Below, piece after piece: positions 38,258 to 41,249 of a stretch of 41,249 nt of DNA. Position 1 is the stretch's first letter, and each line of letters begins with the position of its first letter. Source of the stretch: Methylobacter sp. (GTDB lineage: Bacteria > Pseudomonadota > Gammaproteobacteria > Methylococcales > Methylomonadaceae); the NCBI GenBank assembly GCA_043729025.1, contig JAYTLW010000178.1:1-41249 (forward strand). Reading direction: 5' to 3'. The position numbers and the translations under genes are program-made. The notes under the pieces are model-generated. The model was not told where the DNA came from. It worked only from the letters and a program-made list of their open reading frames with translations, and ran no database searches.

Positions 38258-39424
38258 TTATCCTTTAGTGATGAATTTTTCTAGACGTTGCATGGCATCT
38301 GACATTCTAGCTATGGACGTCGTATAAGCAAAGCGCAGATGGTGATTAGCCTCATGAATGCCGAAATCCTTCCCCGGTGTAATGGCGACGCCCTCGGACT
38401 CCAACAAATCCAGCGCGAATTGATAACTGTCATCGGTAAACCGGGAGCAGTTGGCGTAAATATAAAAAGCGCCATCCGGCTTAATCGGTATTTCAAAGCC
38501 CAAACGCAATAATGCTTCGTAAAGAAAATCACGCCGGGCTTCAAATTCGGCGCGCCTCTGCTCAAGCTCGTCCAGGGTTTGCGGATCAAACGCGGCTAAG
38601 GCGGCATATTGCGAATGGGTTGCCGTGGCGATAAAGATATTCTGCGCCAGCTTCTCGGTGGCATCGATAAACGCTTCCGGCACGATCAACCAGCCGACCC
38701 GCCAGCCGGTCATGCCGAAATACTTGGAAAAACTGTTGATCACAAATACATCGTCGCTGAAGGCCAGCGCCGTTGTGGCCTTGTGAGCATAAACCAGTCC
38801 ATGATAAATCTCATCGGAATAAAAGCAGCCGCCTAATTCATTAACGGTGTGTACGACCTCATTTAATTGATCCGAAGTTATGAGTGTGCCGGTAGGATTG
38901 GACGGCGATGCAATCAGCGCACCTTTAGTGGCCTCAGTCCAGTGCTGTTTGATCTGTGCCGCTGTCAGTTGGTAGCGGCTTGAGGCATCGACCGGAAGGG
39001 TTCTGGCTATGCCGTCATACAGTTTGATGAAATTGCTGTTACAGGGATAACAGGGGTCAGCCATCAGCAGTTCTTCCGCCGGGTTGAGACTGACCCCTAA
39101 AGCTAGTAAAAATGCGCCTGAAGCGCCTGGCGTTATGAAAATGCGCGCCTGATCCACAGTCACCCCATAGCGCTGCCGATAAAACGCGGCTATTTTTTCG
39201 CGAAGCATAGGCAATCCGGCTGCCGGGGTGTATTTCACCTCGCCGGTTTGGATGTGCCTGAGACCCGCCTCGATAATGGCCGGAGGGGTCGCAAAATCAG
39301 GTTCACCGATTTCCATATGGATGACATCTCTGCCCTGCGCCTCTAATTGTTTGGCGCGCCGCAGCAGTTCCATCACATAAAAGGGCGAAATTCCCTGTGT
39401 TCGCCTCGCCAGTCGTAAATCCAT
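38258..39424 (-). CDS. Class I/II PLP-dependent aminotransferase
   Basis: IGEPDF, SPSNPTG, SDEIYH, NSFSKYFGMTGWRVG; divergent from dksA. Confidence 0.92.
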   Translation of the reverse strand: MDLRLARRTQGISPFYVMELLRRAKQLEAQGRDVIHMEIGEPDFATPPAIIEAGLRHIQTGEVKYTPAAGLPMLREKIAAFYRQRYGVTVDQARIFITPGASGAFLLALGVSLNPAEELLMADPCYPCNSNFIKLYDGIARTLPVDASSRYQLTAAQIKQHWTEATKGALIASPSNPTGTLITSDQLNEVVHTVNELGGCFYSDEIYHGLVYAHKATTALAFSDDVFVINSFSKYFGMTGWRVGWLIVPEAFIDATEKLAQNIFIATATHSQYAALAAFDPQTLDELEQRRAEFEARRDFLYEALLRLGFEIPIKPDGAFYIYANCSRFTDDSYQFALDLLESEGVAITPGKDFGIHEANHHLRFAYTTSIARMSDAMQRLEKFITKG

Positions 39425-39536
39425 AATCTTGATGCTCTTTATATAAACGGTAGATCATACCAATAAACCTTGCTATCTCGCGGCTATTCTGCTAAAAATG
39501 CGCGGTTTTAATTAATCTTGTCTTAGGAGTTAATGG

Positions 39537-39971
39537 ATGACCGATAGTTCTAAAACTGTAGCATCACCTTTCAGTTTTAAGCCTTACCATGAAAAGGAAG
39601 GCGAAGAATATATGAATAGTGCTCAATTGAAGCATTTTGAGACCATTCTTAAAAACTGGAAAGGCGAATTAATGCATGAAGTCGATCGCACCGTGCATCA
39701 CATGCAGGATGACGCCTCTAATTTTCCTGACCCCAATGATCGAGCATCACAGGAATCAGAATTCAGTCTGGAACTAAGAACCCGTGATCGTGAACGGCGT
39801 TTAATCAAGAAAATTGATGAATCCCTTAAAGAAATTGAATCAGGGGATTACGGTTTTTGCGAGTCTTGCGGCATTGAAATCGGCATCCGCCGTCTGGAAG
39901 CCAGACCCACCGCCAGCCTGTGCATCGACTGCAAAACGCTCGATGAAATTCGTGAAAAACAAATGGGTTAA
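39537..39971 (+). CDS. dksA: RNA polymerase-binding factor DksA
   Basis: FPDPNDRASQE, RDRERRLIKKI, CESC...CIDC zinc finger. Confidence 0.97.
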   Translation: MTDSSKTVASPFSFKPYHEKEGEEYMNSAQLKHFETILKNWKGELMHEVDRTVHHMQDDASNFPDPNDRASQESEFSLELRTRDRERRLIKKIDESLKEIESGDYGFCESCGIEIGIRRLEARPTASLCIDCKTLDEIREKQMG

Positions 39972-39973
39972 AC

Positions 39974-40876
39974 CTGGATAACCTAGCCGCTATTGGCCGA
40001 TTCGCACCCTCGCCTACCGGCCCTTTGCACCTCGGTTCCCTGTACACGGCTCTTGCCGGTTTTCTTCAAGCCCGCTCACAACACGGCCAGTGGCTGTTGC
40101 GCATCGATGACCTCGATACGCCCAGAAATGTAAAAGGCGCCGCCGAGGCCATCTTAAAAACCCTGGAGGCCTTTGGCCTGTTTTGGGACGGCGAGGTCTA
40201 TTATCAAAGCCGACATGCCGATGTTTATAACGGTATTATCAGCGACTTACAAAGAAACAAGCTTGTCTATCCTTGCATTTGCAGCCGAAAAACACTGACG
40301 CTTAGCGCTAGAGGGCAGGCGCTATCCGACATTTACCCTGGTATCTGCCGAGACAGGCCAATCCCTGTTGATGGCCCTCATGCCTTACGCATTAAAACCG
40401 ATAATCGCATCATTACCTTTCAGGATGAACTGCAAGGCCTGATTTCCCATGATCTTGCCGGGCAACATGGCGATTTTATCGTGCAGCGCAAAGACCGAAT
40501 TATCGCCTATCAATTTGCGGTGGTGATTGATGATAAGCTGCAACAGATTAACCATATTGTCCGAGGCTTCGATTTACTGGATGCAACGCCTAAGCAGATT
40601 TATTTGCAACAGCTGCTGGGGCTTGCCATGCCCCGCTATATGCATGTCCCGGTTATTATCGACCGGCAAGGCTATAAGCTCAGCAAACAGACGCAGGCGA
40701 CGGCCGTTGATTTAAGCTCGCCGCAGCGCGTGATCTTTGAGCTGCTAGGCTTATTAAAGCAAAACCCACCGACAGCATTGCAACAAGCCTCGGTAGCCGA
40801 GCAGCTAGGCTGGGCGATTGCGCATTGGAATCCGGCTTTGTTGAAACATGTTCATGCCGTCAATGGCGATTTTTAG
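39974..40876 (+). CDS. gluQ: Glutamyl-Q tRNA(Asp) synthetase; start codon uncertain
   Basis: In-frame GRFAPSPTGPLHLGSL begins upstream of the track's TTG (40025); LRIDDLD, CICSRK, KLSKQ; dksA-gluQ synteny. Confidence 0.9.
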   Translation: MDNLAAIGRFAPSPTGPLHLGSLYTALAGFLQARSQHGQWLLRIDDLDTPRNVKGAAEAILKTLEAFGLFWDGEVYYQSRHADVYNGIISDLQRNKLVYPCICSRKTLTLSARGQALSDIYPGICRDRPIPVDGPHALRIKTDNRIITFQDELQGLISHDLAGQHGDFIVQRKDRIIAYQFAVVIDDKLQQINHIVRGFDLLDATPKQIYLQQLLGLAMPRYMHVPVIIDRQGYKLSKQTQATAVDLSSPQRVIFELLGLLKQNPPTALQQASVAEQLGWAIAHWNPALLKHVHAVNGDF

Positions 40877-40947
40877 CAGACGATCCATGGACTCATAAGG
40901 TTAAAGCCCATAATATGGATCGAACACATTAATTTGGAGTCGCGGCG

Positions 40948-41249
40948 ATGCATGATTTTCCTGGTAACACACCGATACGGCAGCTCATTCCCGGCATTTT
41001 ACTGGCCGGTCTGATCGTGCTGGGCTACATGGTGCTGCGTGAGTTTTTGCTCACCCTGATTTGGGCGCTAATTATCGCCTATGTGGCATGGCCGGCTTAC
41101 CGTCGCTTACGGCAGCAGCTCAAAGGCCATGCGACGATCAGTGCGGCGCTGATGACATTGATCATTGCTGCGGTGATTTTCCTGACGGTCTATTGGCTGG
41201 TCGCCATGCTGCAGGATGAGCTGAAAACCGCTTATCAAACCTTGGTGAG
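40948..41249 (+). CDS. AI-2E (PerM/YdiK-like) family membrane protein, runs off the window
   Basis: Manual translation MHDFPGNTPIRQLIPGILLAGLIVLGYMVLREFLLTLIWALIIAYVAWPAYRRL...ISAALMTL; GGAG RBS. Confidence 0.8.
   Translation, partial: MHDFPGNTPIRQLIPGILLAGLIVLGYMVLREFLLTLIWALIIAYVAWPAYRRLRQQLKGHATISAALMTLIIAAVIFLTVYWLVAMLQDELKTAYQTLV

Overview
A 41 kb chromosomal window from a gammaproteobacterium; a Methylococcales/Methylobacter-like methanotroph is my inference from gene content and order, not a database match. Core segments are pqqA-pqqB-pqqC (pqqA and pqqC are missing from the ORF track), moeB, groESL with a CIRCE operator, carA-[Uma2 + RelBE-type pair]-carB-greA, yhbY, rlmE-ftsH-glmM-tpiA-secG-tRNA-Leu(GAG), ppsA, an HDOD-GAF-GGDEF cyclase, gnnA-gnnB-lpxB, and rhodanese/aminotransferase divergent from dksA-gluQ plus a partial AI-2E transporter. 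Directly after the tRNA lies a ~10 kb, visibly AT-richer chemosensory cluster (cheY cheA cheW cheW parA STAS cheR cheD REC-only cheB' cheB) with no canonical chemoreceptor. It ends instead in a 202-aa protein with two degenerate MCP hairpin tips next to an ODP-type di-iron protein. The other main observation is a 46-47 nt two-hairpin element: one copy splits a REP palindrome whose arm is restored exactly on removing it, and two more sit in frame inside the STAS gene. Smaller observations: a frameshifted RelE toxin, a decayed cheD/cheB tandem duplication, a gluQ without a canonical start codon, and an (AAGGTTT)12 array. All assignments come from reading motifs by eye; no searches were run.
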